Below, piece after piece: positions 18,440-28,081 of a stretch of 63,369 nucleotides of DNA (positions within the stretch are counted from its first letter, which is position 1; each line of letters opens with the position of its first letter). The notes below the pieces were generated by a model. The model did no database searches and was not told the DNA's origin. It saw nothing but the letters and a program-made list of their open reading frames with translations. This stretch comes from Chloroflexota bacterium (lineage in GTDB: Bacteria; Chloroflexota; UBA5177): contig JAICWV010000002.1 of NCBI GenBank assembly GCA_025966365.1, positions 1 to 63,369 of the forward strand, given 5' to 3'. A program made the position numbers and the translations under genes.

Positions 18440-19312
18440 CTAGCGCCCACCCTGGCCGCTGAGGGCGATACCCTCGACAACATATTTTTGCATCAGTACG
18501 TACACGATAAGTACCGGCAGAAGCGAGAGCGTGGCCGCCGCCATGAGGGGGCCCCAGGCGATGGCGAACTGATCCTGATACGCGGTCACGGAGAGCGGAA
18601 CCGTTTTCAGGCTCGGAGAGTCGATCACGACAAGAGGCCAGAGGAAGTTGTTCCAGGAGGCGAGGAAGGTGAGGATGACGACTGTCGCCAGAGCCGGACG
18701 GGCCAGCGGCAGAATGATCCGGGTGTAAATCTGCCAGTGGTTGGCTCCATCGATGCGCGCCGCGTCCTCATAGTCGGTCGGGATCGTCAGGAAAAACTGT
18801 CGGAGCAGAAAGGTGCTGAACACGCTGACAACGAAGGGAGCGATGAGTCCGGCGTAGGTGTCGTGCCAGTGGAGCTCGCGCACGATCAGGTAGTTCGGGA
18901 TCAGCGTCACCTGGGAGGGGATGATCAGGGTGCCGAGATAGAGGGCAAAGAGCGTGGAGCGGCCCCGAAACCGTAGGCGGGCGAAGGCGTAGGCGGCCAT
19001 AGAGGCCGTGAGGAGCTGCGCGACGGTAATGATGATGGACACAATGGCGCTGTTCAGGTAGAAGCGCGCAATTGGAAGTTCTCTTGCCACTTGCTGGTAG
19101 TTCGTCCATGTCAACGGGCTAGGCACGAATTGCGGTGTCAGCGATCCAATCTGAACAGCCGTTTCCAGGGAGGATGACACCATATAGACGAACGGCAGTA
19201 TGACCGAGAGTAACCCGATCAGCAGGAGGACGTAGACCACGGCATCGACAGCAACGTGGCGCAGGCGCCGGCCTCGCGCGGTGCGGTGAATAACGGCGCC
19301 GGAGCTACTCAT
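18440..19312 (-). CDS. Carbohydrate ABC transporter permease
   Basis: EAA-loop region DYEDAARIDGANHWQIYTRIILPLARPAL. Six TM-like segments. Internal ATG chosen as start. Confidence 0.85.
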   Translation of the reverse strand: MSSSGAVIHRTARGRRLRHVAVDAVVYVLLLIGLLSVILPFVYMVSSSLETAVQIGSLTPQFVPSPLTWTNYQQVARELPIARFYLNSAIVSIIITVAQLLTASMAAYAFARLRFRGRSTLFALYLGTLIIPSQVTLIPNYLIVRELHWHDTYAGLIAPFVVSVFSTFLLRQFFLTIPTDYEDAARIDGANHWQIYTRIILPLARPALATVVILTFLASWNNFLWPLVVIDSPSLKTVPLSVTAYQDQFAIAWGPLMAAATLSLLPVLIVYVLMQKYVVEGIALSGQGGR

Positions 19313-20219
19313 AGTGCACCCATCGCCGCTGTGCCACGAGCTGGATGATGGTGGCGGCAAAAATGATGATGAAGAGCGCCCAGGCTGTGGCCGAGGCTTC
19401 GCCCATATTCAGATCCACGAACGCTTTCTGATAGAGATAACCCACCAGCGTGTTGGTCGCGTTATCGGGGCCGAATCGTCCCGATGTAAGCACGAACGCC
19501 TGGTCGAAAAGCTGAAAGGAGCCGATGGTGGAGATGATGACAACGAAGAGGGTAGTCGGGCTGATCATGGGAAATGTCACGCTGCGAAATCGCTGCCAGG
19601 CATTGGCGCCATCCACGGTGGCAGCCTCAAGGAGCGGGCGCGGGACACTCTGGAGCCCGGCGAGAAAGAGGACCATGCTGAACCCTATCTGCCGCCACAC
19701 GCCGAAGATGATCAGCGCCGGCATGGCCCAGACGGAGCTGTTGAGCCAGGCGGGCGGATTGCTGACCCCCAGCATGTATAGATAACTGTCGATCAGCCCG
19801 CGGTTGGGATCGAAGATCCACTGCCACATCAGGGCTGCGGAGGCCAGGGTGGTAATGAAGGGCGCAAAGTACGCAGTTCGGAGCACGACGGTGCCGGGTA
19901 GGCGTCGGTTCAGGCCCAGTGCCACCAACAGACCGAGGGCGGTGGAGATCGGGACCACGGCCACCGTGTAGGAGGCTGTGTTCTTGACCACCTGCCAGAA
20001 CAGTGGATCGCCGGCGAGGGTGCGATAGTTCTCGAGACCCAGCCAGGTTGGCGCCCTGACCAGATCCCAGTGGGTGAAGCTGATGACGAGGGTGCCGATG
20101 ACACCGAGCAGGGTAAACACGAAGAAGCCGACGAAGTCCGGAAGCAGGAAGAGGATCGCCGCGCGCCCATCTCCCCGCTTCCGATGCTCGCCGGGACGCG
20201 AGGAGCGCCTGCGGGCCAT
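19305..20219 (-). CDS. Carbohydrate ABC transporter permease
   Basis: LLEAATVDGANAWQRFRSVTFPMISP EAA loop. Start at the internal ATG (MARRRSS) downstream of the binding-protein stop. Confidence 0.85.
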   Translation of the reverse strand: MARRRSSRPGEHRKRGDGRAAILFLLPDFVGFFVFTLLGVIGTLVISFTHWDLVRAPTWLGLENYRTLAGDPLFWQVVKNTASYTVAVVPISTALGLLVALGLNRRLPGTVVLRTAYFAPFITTLASAALMWQWIFDPNRGLIDSYLYMLGVSNPPAWLNSSVWAMPALIIFGVWRQIGFSMVLFLAGLQSVPRPLLEAATVDGANAWQRFRSVTFPMISPTTLFVVIISTIGSFQLFDQAFVLTSGRFGPDNATNTLVGYLYQKAFVDLNMGEASATAWALFIIIFAATIIQLVAQRRWVHYE

Positions 20220-20263
20220 GGAGACCTGCAGGCGCTCGATCGACGGAGCAAAGGGACGCACTG

Positions 20264-21601
20264 CTAGCCTTTGAGTGCCTTTTCCGCGGGGCCGACGGCG
20301 GCGTGCAGCGCCTCCCGGGCGGTCGATTCCCCGGTCCAGGCTTTGTCGAGAGCAGCCGCAACCGCATTCGAGACATCGCTCCACTGCGGGAACGACGGGA
20401 AGTCGTGCCCCAGCTTCGTCTGCTGCGTGAACACCTTGTTGTAGGGTTTGCTCAGCCACTGCTTCGAGTGCAGCGCCTTGGGATTGTTGGGAACGATGTC
20501 GTTCCCGCCCGCGAATATCAGGGATGCGGTCGATCCGGTGATGAACTCCCAGAACTGAAGGGAAGCGTTGATGTTCTTCGTCCAGCGGCTGATGGTGTAG
20601 CCTGCGCCACCGGCAACGTTCACCGTCTTGTGGCCCTTGAAGTGCGGCATGCCGACGACACCCCAGGACAGGCCCGGTGTGGAGGTGAAGCTGGGCACCA
20701 GCGCATGATTGCCGAAGGCCATGGCCAATTGCCCGCCGGCGAAGAGCGGCCCGATGTTGGTGGAGTCCACGATCTGGCTCGCGGCCGGGGTCACCTTATC
20801 CTTGTTGATCAGGTTGGCCATGAACTGGATGCCGGCCGCGGCGCTGGCATTGTCGAACGTGAGCTTGTGCGGAGTCTGGTCGCTGTCGAATAGCTCCGCG
20901 CCGTGCTGCCAGATGTAGAGGTCCCACTGGCCGGTTTCGAACGCGTAGCCGTACTGGACCACGCGGTCCCCCTGACGGATCGTCAGCTTCCTGGCGAGAG
21001 CACGCAGGTCATCGTAGGTCCAGCTGCTCTTGGGGGCTTTGACGCCGGCCTGGCTCAACAGCTTCTTGTTGTAGAAGATGACCTTGGTGTCGTTGTCACG
21101 CGGGACACCGAAGAGGCCCTTCTTGTACTCGAAGAGCTCCAGCTGGGCCTGGGTGTAGCCCTTGGGCAGCTGCTTGTTGTGCTTCTTGAGCAGACCGCGC
21201 AGCTCGTACAGGGCGCCCTTCTGGGCATAGCCCGGTACCAGGGTGAGGAACTGCACGTCCGCGGTGCTATGCGCTGCCACATCGGCGTTGTACTTCGGCC
21301 AGTAGTCGGTCCAGGACGCCAGCCGCGGGGTGACCGTGATGCTGGGGTAGCGCCGGTGGAAGACGTCCAGGACCTTATTGATCGTCGTCTGCTCGTCCGG
21401 GCTGCCCCAGGACGAGAACGAGATGTTCCCCTTCGCCTTGGCGGCAAACGCCGAGATCGGGCCCTCGACGTCTCCGAGCAGCGTCGCCACGGCCGACGTG
21501 GACAGCCCCAGCGCGAGTGCGCGTGTAATGAACGCCAGTCGGCTCATGGAGCCTGCCGACGCCTCGTCTACCAACTGATCGATGTCTGATGCGTTATCCA
21601 T
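20264..21601 (-). CDS. ABC transporter extracellular solute-binding protein (family 1, sugar)
   Basis: Signal-like SRLAFITRALALGLSTSAVA, with length and composition typical of sugar-binding proteins. Start at the ATG preceded by ggagga; the ORF extends to 21628. Confidence 0.8.
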   Translation of the reverse strand: MDNASDIDQLVDEASAGSMSRLAFITRALALGLSTSAVATLLGDVEGPISAFAAKAKGNISFSSWGSPDEQTTINKVLDVFHRRYPSITVTPRLASWTDYWPKYNADVAAHSTADVQFLTLVPGYAQKGALYELRGLLKKHNKQLPKGYTQAQLELFEYKKGLFGVPRDNDTKVIFYNKKLLSQAGVKAPKSSWTYDDLRALARKLTIRQGDRVVQYGYAFETGQWDLYIWQHGAELFDSDQTPHKLTFDNASAAAGIQFMANLINKDKVTPAASQIVDSTNIGPLFAGGQLAMAFGNHALVPSFTSTPGLSWGVVGMPHFKGHKTVNVAGGAGYTISRWTKNINASLQFWEFITGSTASLIFAGGNDIVPNNPKALHSKQWLSKPYNKVFTQQTKLGHDFPSFPQWSDVSNAVAAALDKAWTGESTAREALHAAVGPAEKALKG

Positions 21602-21636
21602 GTCTTCTTTCCATCCTCCATTTTCCATAGAACAAA

Positions 21637-21666
21637 CCGGCCGGCCTCATCGCTGAAGCCGGCCGG
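21637..21666 (-). terminator. Hairpin terminator downstream of the SEC-C gene
   Basis: ccggccggc ... gccggccgg 9-bp stem. On the minus strand it is followed by tttgtt. Confidence 0.45.
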
Positions 21667-21846
21667 TACCTCTACCTGGGTCGGGACTGCTGATTACCTC
21701 AGCACTCGACTATGACCCACGACAGAGCACCTGCTGCCGGCCCGGTACAGCAACAGCAACATCCGCGTATTGCGCACAGGGATGGCTGCTCTTCGTGAGG
21801 CATATGCATGGTGGCAGAGTGTATCACAAGCACTCTCAGCCGCACT

Positions 21847-22785
21847 TCAGCGTCCGTGACAGCGCTTGTACTTCTTGCCGCTGCCGCACGGGCAGGGGTC
21901 ATTGCGGCCGACCCTGGGACTTTCGCGGCGGTACGGGCCGGATATCGGTTCTCTCCATGTCAAGCGCTTGGCGAGCTCCCACTCAGCCCTATCCGCATCC
22001 GTCGGTTCCGGGCCCCCAAAATTGAACAGCGGCCGGCGCTGTCGCGCGTCGAGGTGGCGAGCGGTGTCGGGCGGAATCTCTAGCTCACTCCGGACTTCCC
22101 CCCACGAGATGATGGCCTCGTCGAGCCGCTCTTCCTCGTACGCCCGGATCACGGAGGGGATTGCCTCGGTTGCTCGGAGATCGACGAGGTTCGAGACCAG
22201 CGCGCCGCGCAGGGTGTACACGTCTTCATAGTCCTCATCCCTGTCCAGCTCTGTTATCAGTTTGGGGATGATTTGACCCACCAAGTCCGGGCAGGCTTGC
22301 GCGATCTCTTTCAATGCGTCCGCGGCGCGCCACCGCGTCCAGACCGTATGGTGAAGGTCTGATAGTACTGTCATCAGCGGATCGAGTGCGGGCTCCCCGA
22401 ATTGCCCCAGCGCCCTGGTCAAAACACTGGAGAGATAGTCGTAACCATCCCAGGGGAAGAGCGCAAGCAGCGGCTCCAGGGCTTCGGGTGGGTGAAGCTC
22501 ACCCAGGATCTTCACCGCCGAATACGGCGCCCAGCCAGTGACATCCTCGGTGTCCGACTCAGCCACTTCGTACTCGGCCGGGTCGGAAACCATGGCAATC
22601 AGGGACGGAACTGCTTCCATGCCCTGCGATCTGATTGCACCCAGCAGGGCTTCCGGAGGGCGCTGTCCAGCGACGCGCAGTTGCGCCAGAAGCTCGTCAA
22701 TCGCTTGGGAATTGGTGTGTGCTGAGGTATCCATCATGCCCGCCAGGGTACTTCCTACAGTAGCCGTCTGTACACCCGGGGACAA
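21847..22785 (-). CDS. HEAT-like repeat protein with C-terminal SEC-C metal-binding motif
   Basis: C-terminus [19 protein letters not shown] is the canonical SEC-C motif. The upstream part is helical-repeat-like. Confidence 0.75.
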   Translation of the reverse strand: MSPGVQTATVGSTLAGMMDTSAHTNSQAIDELLAQLRVAGQRPPEALLGAIRSQGMEAVPSLIAMVSDPAEYEVAESDTEDVTGWAPYSAVKILGELHPPEALEPLLALFPWDGYDYLSSVLTRALGQFGEPALDPLMTVLSDLHHTVWTRWRAADALKEIAQACPDLVGQIIPKLITELDRDEDYEDVYTLRGALVSNLVDLRATEAIPSVIRAYEEERLDEAIISWGEVRSELEIPPDTARHLDARQRRPLFNFGGPEPTDADRAEWELAKRLTWREPISGPYRRESPRVGRNDPCPCGSGKKYKRCHGR

Positions 22786-22806
22786 ACGGATTCTCCCCCG
22801 TGATTA

Positions 22807-22912
22807 CCCCTCACCTCCGGCCCCTCTCCCTCAAGGGGAGAGGGAAGATGGATATCCGGCATCTGTTCCCCCTTCGCCCCGTGAGGGAAAAGGGGGTTAG
22901 GGGGATGAGGGG
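22807..22912. repeat. Dispersed ~105-bp G/C-tract repeat, copy 1
   Basis: Reverse complement aligns by eye with 61963-62072 (shared cctcatccccctaaccccctt ... gcgaagggggaaca ... gggagagggg ... ggaggtgaggg). Contains the internal hairpin ccctctccc/gggagaggg. Confidence 0.75.
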
Positions 22913-22992
22913 TTTGGTTTAGGCATTTACTTATCAGGGACATCTGGATATAATTGTGTAGCTAGACAGGTTTCTTCTACAGGATTTCCCGG

Positions 22993-23400
22993 ATGAATCA
23001 GAAAATCACCTACCACTTCGTCTGGGGACCCATGCGGAACAAGCCCTGTCTGACCGGAGAAGCAGCGGAACGGTTGCAGTCGCTGATCGACGAGGCGGCG
23101 GATCTCCTCTCGGTTGACCTGGAGGAGGTTGAGGTCTTTCCGGACCGCGTCTACGTCTCGGTGGCGGCACCACCCACGGTTTCTCCACATCGCATCGTTT
23201 GCCGGTTTAAAGCACATTCCTCTCATTGTCTGCGTCGCGAATTCCAGGAGATGACACGGATCCCGACGCTGTGGACACGGACGTATGTGGTCCAGGCAGG
23301 CGAGCACCTCCGTCCCGAGCAGGTGCTGGAGCTCTTCGAGGCTTCGCTCCCGCCGAGGCGCCGGCCCGGACGGCCAAAGTCGTGCGGCGGACCGGAATAG
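22993..23400 (+). CDS. IS200/IS605-type TnpA homologue with degenerate catalytic motifs
   Basis: YHFVWGPMRNKPCL, KAHSSHCLRREF and PTLWTRTYV align to the Y1 transposase fold. The HUH position reads R-V-Y (nt 23146-23154), and the expected catalytic-Tyr helix reads LELFEAS. Confidence 0.7.
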   Translation: MNQKITYHFVWGPMRNKPCLTGEAAERLQSLIDEAADLLSVDLEEVEVFPDRVYVSVAAPPTVSPHRIVCRFKAHSSHCLRREFQEMTRIPTLWTRTYVVQAGEHLRPEQVLELFEASLPPRRRPGRPKSCGGPE

Positions 23401-23420
23401 AAAGGATTCATAGAACCAAA

Positions 23421-25610
23421 ATGCAGAAATGTGAACGATGCAAGACCAACGATGCCCGCGTCCGGATCGATCAGATCGTGGCCGGCCGTCGCGAGCATCA
23501 CTATCTCTGCGAGTCCTGCGCGCAGGAGATCGTCGGCGGCGAGGCCGGAGTTGGGGGCACGCCCATCGGCTCGATCTTCGGGAACATGGGTGGCCAGGCG
23601 GGCCCCGGTGGAACCGCTACTGCCCAGCGCCAGCAGCCGCAGAGCGATACCCCGGCACTCGACCAGTTTGGCCGTGACCTGACCGGCGAGGCGGAGGACG
23701 GCAAGCTCGATCCCACCGCCGGCCGCGAGCGAGAGATTCGCCGCGTCATCACCGTTCTGGCACGCCGTCAGAAGAACAACCCGGTCCTGATCGGCGAGCC
23801 CGGCGTGGGCAAGACCGCCATCGTGGAGGGCATCGCCCGCCGCATCGTGGACGGGAACGTTCCTGCCGCACTGCTGGGTAAGCGCGTCATGTCGCTGAGC
23901 CTCGGCGGCATGATCGCAGGCGCGATGTTCCGCGGGCAGTTCGAGGAGCGCGTCAAAGCCATCCTCAACGAGGTCCGCGAACACCCCGAGATCATCCTCT
24001 TCATCGACGAGATCCATACCGTCGTCGGCGCCGGCGCTGCCGAAGGCGCGGTGGGCGCGGCCGACATGCTGAAACCAGCCCTGGCCCGCGGCGAACTGCG
24101 CTGCATCGGCGCCACCACCCTGGATGAGTACCGGCAGCACATCGAGAAGGACTCCGCCCTGGAGCGCCGCTTCGCGCCCGTCTTTGTGGACGAGCCGGAG
24201 CCGGAGGAGGCCATTGCCATGGTCCAGGCGGTCAAGCCGGAGTACGAGCGCCATCACGGCGTTCAGATCACCGACGCCGCCATCGAGGCGGCTGTGACCC
24301 TCTCCGACCGCTACGTCAACGATCGTTTTCTGCCCGACAAGGCCATCGATCTGATCGATGAAGCCTCTTCTTCGCTGCGCCTCGACGCCAGCGAGAGCGG
24401 CGAAGGCCCCGAGGCGGTTGCTGCCCTGGAGCAGCGGCTCCAGGTGCTGCAGTCGCAGAAGGAAGCCGCTGCCCTTTCCGAGGACTACGAGAAGGCCGCC
24501 AGCCTGCGCCAGCAGGAGCTGGTGGTGCAGACTGAGCTGGATACCGTGCGCGAGCACGTGTCCGAGGCACAGCCGCTGATCGTGACGCCCGAGCTGATCG
24601 CAGGGGTGGTCGAGGACTGGACCGGCGTGCCCGTCTCCCAGATGGTGGAGTCGGAGCGTCAGAACCTGCTGAACCTGGAAGAGGACCTGCAGCATCGGGT
24701 TATCGGCCAGGATGAGGCGATCGCGGTGGTCTCGAAGGCCATCCGGCGCTCTCGCGCCGGCCTGAAGGACCCCAAGCGTCCCATCGGCTCCTTCCTCTTC
24801 CTGGGCCCCACGGGCGTGGGCAAGACGGAGACGGCGCGGGCGCTGGCAGCCGAGCTGTTCGGCGGCGAGGATGCGATGATCCGGCTCGACATGTCGGAGT
24901 ACATGGAGCCGCACAGCGTCTCCCGCCTCTTCGGCAGCCCGCCCGGATACGTCGGCTACGACGAGGGAGGCCAGCTCACCGAGCAGGTGCGCCGCCGCCC
25001 CTACTCCGTCATCCTCTTCGACGAGGTCGAGAAGGCGCATCCGGAAGTCTTCAACGCCCTGCTCCAGATCATGGACGACGGGCGCCTGACCGACAGCACC
25101 GGCCGCACCGTGGACTTCAAGAATACGGTGGTCATCATGACCTCGAACGTCGGGAGCGGCGAGCTGCGCCGCGCGGCCCGGATCGGGTTCGCGATGGGCG
25201 TGGAGAGCGCGAACGATGAGCTGAAGAGCAAGGCGCTGGAGGGCCTGAAGCGGGCCTTCCGCCCCGAGTTCCTCAACCGGATCGATCAGGTGGTCGTCTT
25301 CAACTCGCTCAGCCGGGAGGATCTGCGCCAGATCGTGGATCTCCTCCTCGAGCACGTGGAGGAGCGGCTGCGGGAGCAGGAGATCTCGCTCCACGTCGGC
25401 GACGACGTGCGCGACTTCCTGATGCAGGAAGGGTACGACGAGCAGTACGGAGCCCGGCCGCTGCGCCGCGCTATCCAGAACCACGTCGACGATGTCCTGG
25501 CCGACGCCATCCTCAACGGGATGCTCGCGGCCGGCGGCACCGCCACCCTCCGCATGGAGAACGGCGCCATCGCCATCGAGGCCCAGCAGCCTCAGCCGGT
25601 GGCCGTCTAA
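23421..25610 (+). CDS. ClpC/ClpA-type double-AAA+ unfoldase with N-terminal Cys4 zinc ribbon
   Basis: Walker [10 protein letters not shown] and [12 protein letters not shown]-like middle segment [17 protein letters not shown] tripeptide (ARIGFAM). The N-terminus CERC...CESC replaces the Clp_N repeats. Confidence 0.9.
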   Translation: MQKCERCKTNDARVRIDQIVAGRREHHYLCESCAQEIVGGEAGVGGTPIGSIFGNMGGQAGPGGTATAQRQQPQSDTPALDQFGRDLTGEAEDGKLDPTAGREREIRRVITVLARRQKNNPVLIGEPGVGKTAIVEGIARRIVDGNVPAALLGKRVMSLSLGGMIAGAMFRGQFEERVKAILNEVREHPEIILFIDEIHTVVGAGAAEGAVGAADMLKPALARGELRCIGATTLDEYRQHIEKDSALERRFAPVFVDEPEPEEAIAMVQAVKPEYERHHGVQITDAAIEAAVTLSDRYVNDRFLPDKAIDLIDEASSSLRLDASESGEGPEAVAALEQRLQVLQSQKEAAALSEDYEKAASLRQQELVVQTELDTVREHVSEAQPLIVTPELIAGVVEDWTGVPVSQMVESERQNLLNLEEDLQHRVIGQDEAIAVVSKAIRRSRAGLKDPKRPIGSFLFLGPTGVGKTETARALAAELFGGEDAMIRLDMSEYMEPHSVSRLFGSPPGYVGYDEGGQLTEQVRRRPYSVILFDEVEKAHPEVFNALLQIMDDGRLTDSTGRTVDFKNTVVIMTSNVGSGELRRAARIGFAMGVESANDELKSKALEGLKRAFRPEFLNRIDQVVVFNSLSREDLRQIVDLLLEHVEERLREQEISLHVGDDVRDFLMQEGYDEQYGARPLRRAIQNHVDDVLADAILNGMLAAGGTATLRMENGAIAIEAQQPQPVAV

Positions 25611-25630
25611 GGACGCCCAACTCCTGAGAG

Positions 25631-25666
25631 GGGGCCGGATCCGAAAGGGTCCGGCCCCTTTTTGTT
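25631..25666 (+). terminator. Rho-independent terminator after the Clp ATPase gene
   Basis: ggggccggatcc-gaaa-gggtccggcccc stem followed by tttttgttt. Confidence 0.85.
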
Positions 25667-25827
25667 TCCAGGATCCATATCCGCTACCCCACGACTTTGT
25701 GACGTAGGGCCTCAGCCCGGGGACGCCCCGTCGATTGTCGATACTCGCATTGACACGGGAAGCATACGGGTCTACTCTGCGTGTATTGAGGTTGTCGACC
25801 TCATCAAGGACGGAGAGGAGAACCCAT

Positions 25828-26172
25828 ATGTTGTTTTCTGTCAGAGGAGAATATATTGACCCGGGTGCTTTGTTGCCGCCGCAGCAGGCGATCGATGTTG
25901 TCGAGCAGGCAGTAGTCCCCAGCTTTCAGATGCTGGCCCAGCAGAACGGGGTCACCGGAGGACTCTATGCCGGCGAGCGTGCCGGCGCCTTCCTCATCGA
26001 AGCCGACTCGCCGGAAGCCCTGGACAGCATGATGAACCATCTGCCCTTCTTCGGACTGGTCAAGTGGGAGGTCAAAGCTCTGGTACCGATTGCCACCATA
26101 GCCCAGAAGCTGCCGCAGTACGTCAACGACGCCCGGGCGCAGCTCCAACAGGGCGGCCAATCGACCCGGTGA
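25828..26172 (+). CDS. Muconolactone isomerase-like small alpha+beta protein
   Basis: MLFSVRGEYI...SPEALDSMMNHLPFFGLVKWEVKALVP resembles the MIase family. ggagaggag RBS lies 8 nt upstream of the ATG. Confidence 0.5.
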   Translation: MLFSVRGEYIDPGALLPPQQAIDVVEQAVVPSFQMLAQQNGVTGGLYAGERAGAFLIEADSPEALDSMMNHLPFFGLVKWEVKALVPIATIAQKLPQYVNDARAQLQQGGQSTR

Positions 26173-26538
26173 AGTGAGGCGGCCGGGGGGCGTTCTCCAG
26201 GCCCCTCGGCTGCAAAACCCTCCAGGAGCAGTCGCGGCCACGCCTTTCCGTTGGGCGCAGACCTTGTGCCTGCCCCAGGAAAATCCTCCTTATGGCTGCG
26301 GCGGCGGTGACCTGTAACTAAACCTGGCGACCGGGTGATTCAGCCAGCCCGCGAGTCCGTTCCAGACGGCCGCGCCGGGACAGGTGGGCTGGGGCCGGCC
26401 GGTGCGGCCGCTGTAAAAGGCGGCCCTGAAGGCTCCGCGGTGCTCGTATGGGTTCAATCTCACATATCGTTAACGGTGTCGAGCCCTCGGATGTAACGAG
26501 GCACGTGACGGCGCACTCCCTCCAACTGCCGCGATGGC

Positions 26539-27966
26539 TCAGGTTATTGAGATCACATTCATCAGGCCGTTAAGCATGTGGTAGAGGTTGTGGCAGTGGA
26601 ACACCCACTTGCCGGGATTGTTTGCGATCCAGTCAACCGTAAAGGACTGGGACGGGTTGACGTTCACCGTATCCTTCATCGGTCCGTTTCCCGTGCCGTT
26701 GGCGAGCTGGAAGAAGTGCCCATGAAGGTGCATAGGATGGATCTGTCCCGAGGCGTTGGTGATGATGAAGCGCACGTGGGTGTTGCGGGGGATATGCAAC
26801 GGTTGGTCAACGGGCAGAACGCGGCCGTTGAAGGTCATGTAAAAGGCGCCGAAGCGTGACCTGAGGCTCACGTACATGGTCATGTCCGGCTTACCGCTGG
26901 GGATGCCGTACCCACCGCTTGTCCGCAGCATGCCGTACTTCAGCACCTTTCCCTTGAGCTGTTTCGGCTTGAAGTGCGCCGGGGGTGCGGCGCCGGAGCT
27001 GCCGTTGTAGCGGACGATGGCGCGAGCCAGCGGACCGCGTGCTGATGGCTGGGCGGCGAGTTGCCAGACGCCGGGGTGGTTGGCGTGGACCAGCACGTCA
27101 TAGCGCTCTGCCATCCCGATGTCCAGAGCATCGACATCCACGGGAGCGACCGGCTGTCCGTCGGCGTGTGTCACCCGCATCCGATGACCTGCCAGCGCCA
27201 CCCGGTAGACGGTGGCTGAACCGGCGTTGATGATCCGGAAGCGCACTACCTCCCCTCGATTCACCGAGATCTGGGTCGGATTCTGCGCTGCCTTGCCGTT
27301 GATCAAGTGGTAGGGGAAGGATGCCGGCTCGACCGGCGGTCTCCCCGCCTCGGCGGTGTGCCGCTCGAAGCCGGTCTGGCACTCGTAGAGGCTGAGGAGG
27401 GCGTGGCTCCGTTTGCCGATGCCGTCTCGCCAGTCGTCCAGCACGAGTACAACCTCGCGGTCATAGCTGAGGGGCTCGCGTTTCGGATCCACGATGAGCG
27501 GACCGTACATGCCGCGGTCGAGCTGGGCGGAGGAATGGCTGTGATACCAGTACGTCCCCGAGACCGGCACTTTGAAGTCGTAGGTAAAGGTGCTGCCGGA
27601 ACGGATGGGGGATTGCGTCAGTCCTGGGACGCCGTCCATCTTGTTGACGATCGGAATCCCATGCCAGTGAATAGTGGTCGATGTCGACAGGTTGTTGTTG
27701 ACGTCGACGTGCAAACGATCGCCTTCAGTGGTCCGAAGTAATGGGCCTGGGAGCGACTCGTTAAAACCGATCGTCGACACGTTTCTGCTCCCCAGGCTTA
27801 CGCGTGTCGGAGCGGCGGTCAGCGCGTAGTCGGTAACGCTGTCCGGTGCAAGGAGATTCGCTGCGTGAGCGATACCAAGGTCGCCCAGTGTGAGAGCAGC
27901 GGTACTGCCGCCCACCAGCTGTAAGAATTCGCGCCGAGTTGCCTGTTGCCGGATTGAGCTCCGCAT
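26539..27966 (-). CDS. Tat-exported multicopper oxidase
   Basis: Twin-arginine signal TRREFLQLVGG. Copper motifs HWHG, YHSHS, HPMHLHGH, HCHNLYHM. Confidence 0.9.
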   Translation of the reverse strand: MRSSIRQQATRREFLQLVGGSTAALTLGDLGIAHAANLLAPDSVTDYALTAAPTRVSLGSRNVSTIGFNESLPGPLLRTTEGDRLHVDVNNNLSTSTTIHWHGIPIVNKMDGVPGLTQSPIRSGSTFTYDFKVPVSGTYWYHSHSSAQLDRGMYGPLIVDPKREPLSYDREVVLVLDDWRDGIGKRSHALLSLYECQTGFERHTAEAGRPPVEPASFPYHLINGKAAQNPTQISVNRGEVVRFRIINAGSATVYRVALAGHRMRVTHADGQPVAPVDVDALDIGMAERYDVLVHANHPGVWQLAAQPSARGPLARAIVRYNGSSGAAPPAHFKPKQLKGKVLKYGMLRTSGGYGIPSGKPDMTMYVSLRSRFGAFYMTFNGRVLPVDQPLHIPRNTHVRFIITNASGQIHPMHLHGHFFQLANGTGNGPMKDTVNVNPSQSFTVDWIANNPGKWVFHCHNLYHMLNGLMNVISIT

Positions 27967-28081
27967 GATCCCCCCTCTGTCCGCGGATGCGCTGAGAAGC
28001 CCGCGGTAATTCCGGTCATGATAGCCGATGGCGGCGCATCATGCAGCCAATTGTGCAGACGTCAGTGAGAAGCTGGAGCGA

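Noticed and set aside
22993-23400. Active IS200/IS605 insertion sequence.
   Set aside because: The catalytic HUH, and probably the Tyr, are substituted. There is no tnpB, and no recognisable subterminal hairpin ends flank the gene.
23223-25484. 753-aa ORF antisense to the Clp ATPase gene. Similar long shadow ORFs: 5553-7586 (+), 4655-5731 (-), 36858-38174 (-), 13879-15033 (+), 61966-63057 (-), 10277-11419 (+).
   Set aside because: They are Arg/Gly/Ala/Pro-rich with no recognisable motifs, and each lies exactly opposite a gene with strong family signatures. This is the typical stop-codon-poor antisense frame of high-GC DNA.
26290-26463. 57-codon minus-strand ORF (VRLNPYEHRGAFRAAFYSGRTGRPQPTCPGAAVWNGLAGWLNHPVARFSYRSPPPQP) downstream of the multicopper oxidase.
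   Set aside because: It is below the ORF-track cutoff, with no RBS seen, no recognisable motif, and a composition like non-coding GC-rich sequence. The region also contains REP-like fragments (gttgggcgcagaccttgtgcctgcccc).
26440-26475. tRNA-like T-loop sequence ggttcaatctc in the long intergenic region downstream of the multicopper oxidase gene.
   Set aside because: The flanking bases (tatgg / ctcac) cannot form a T-stem, and no acceptor or anticodon arms could be drawn.
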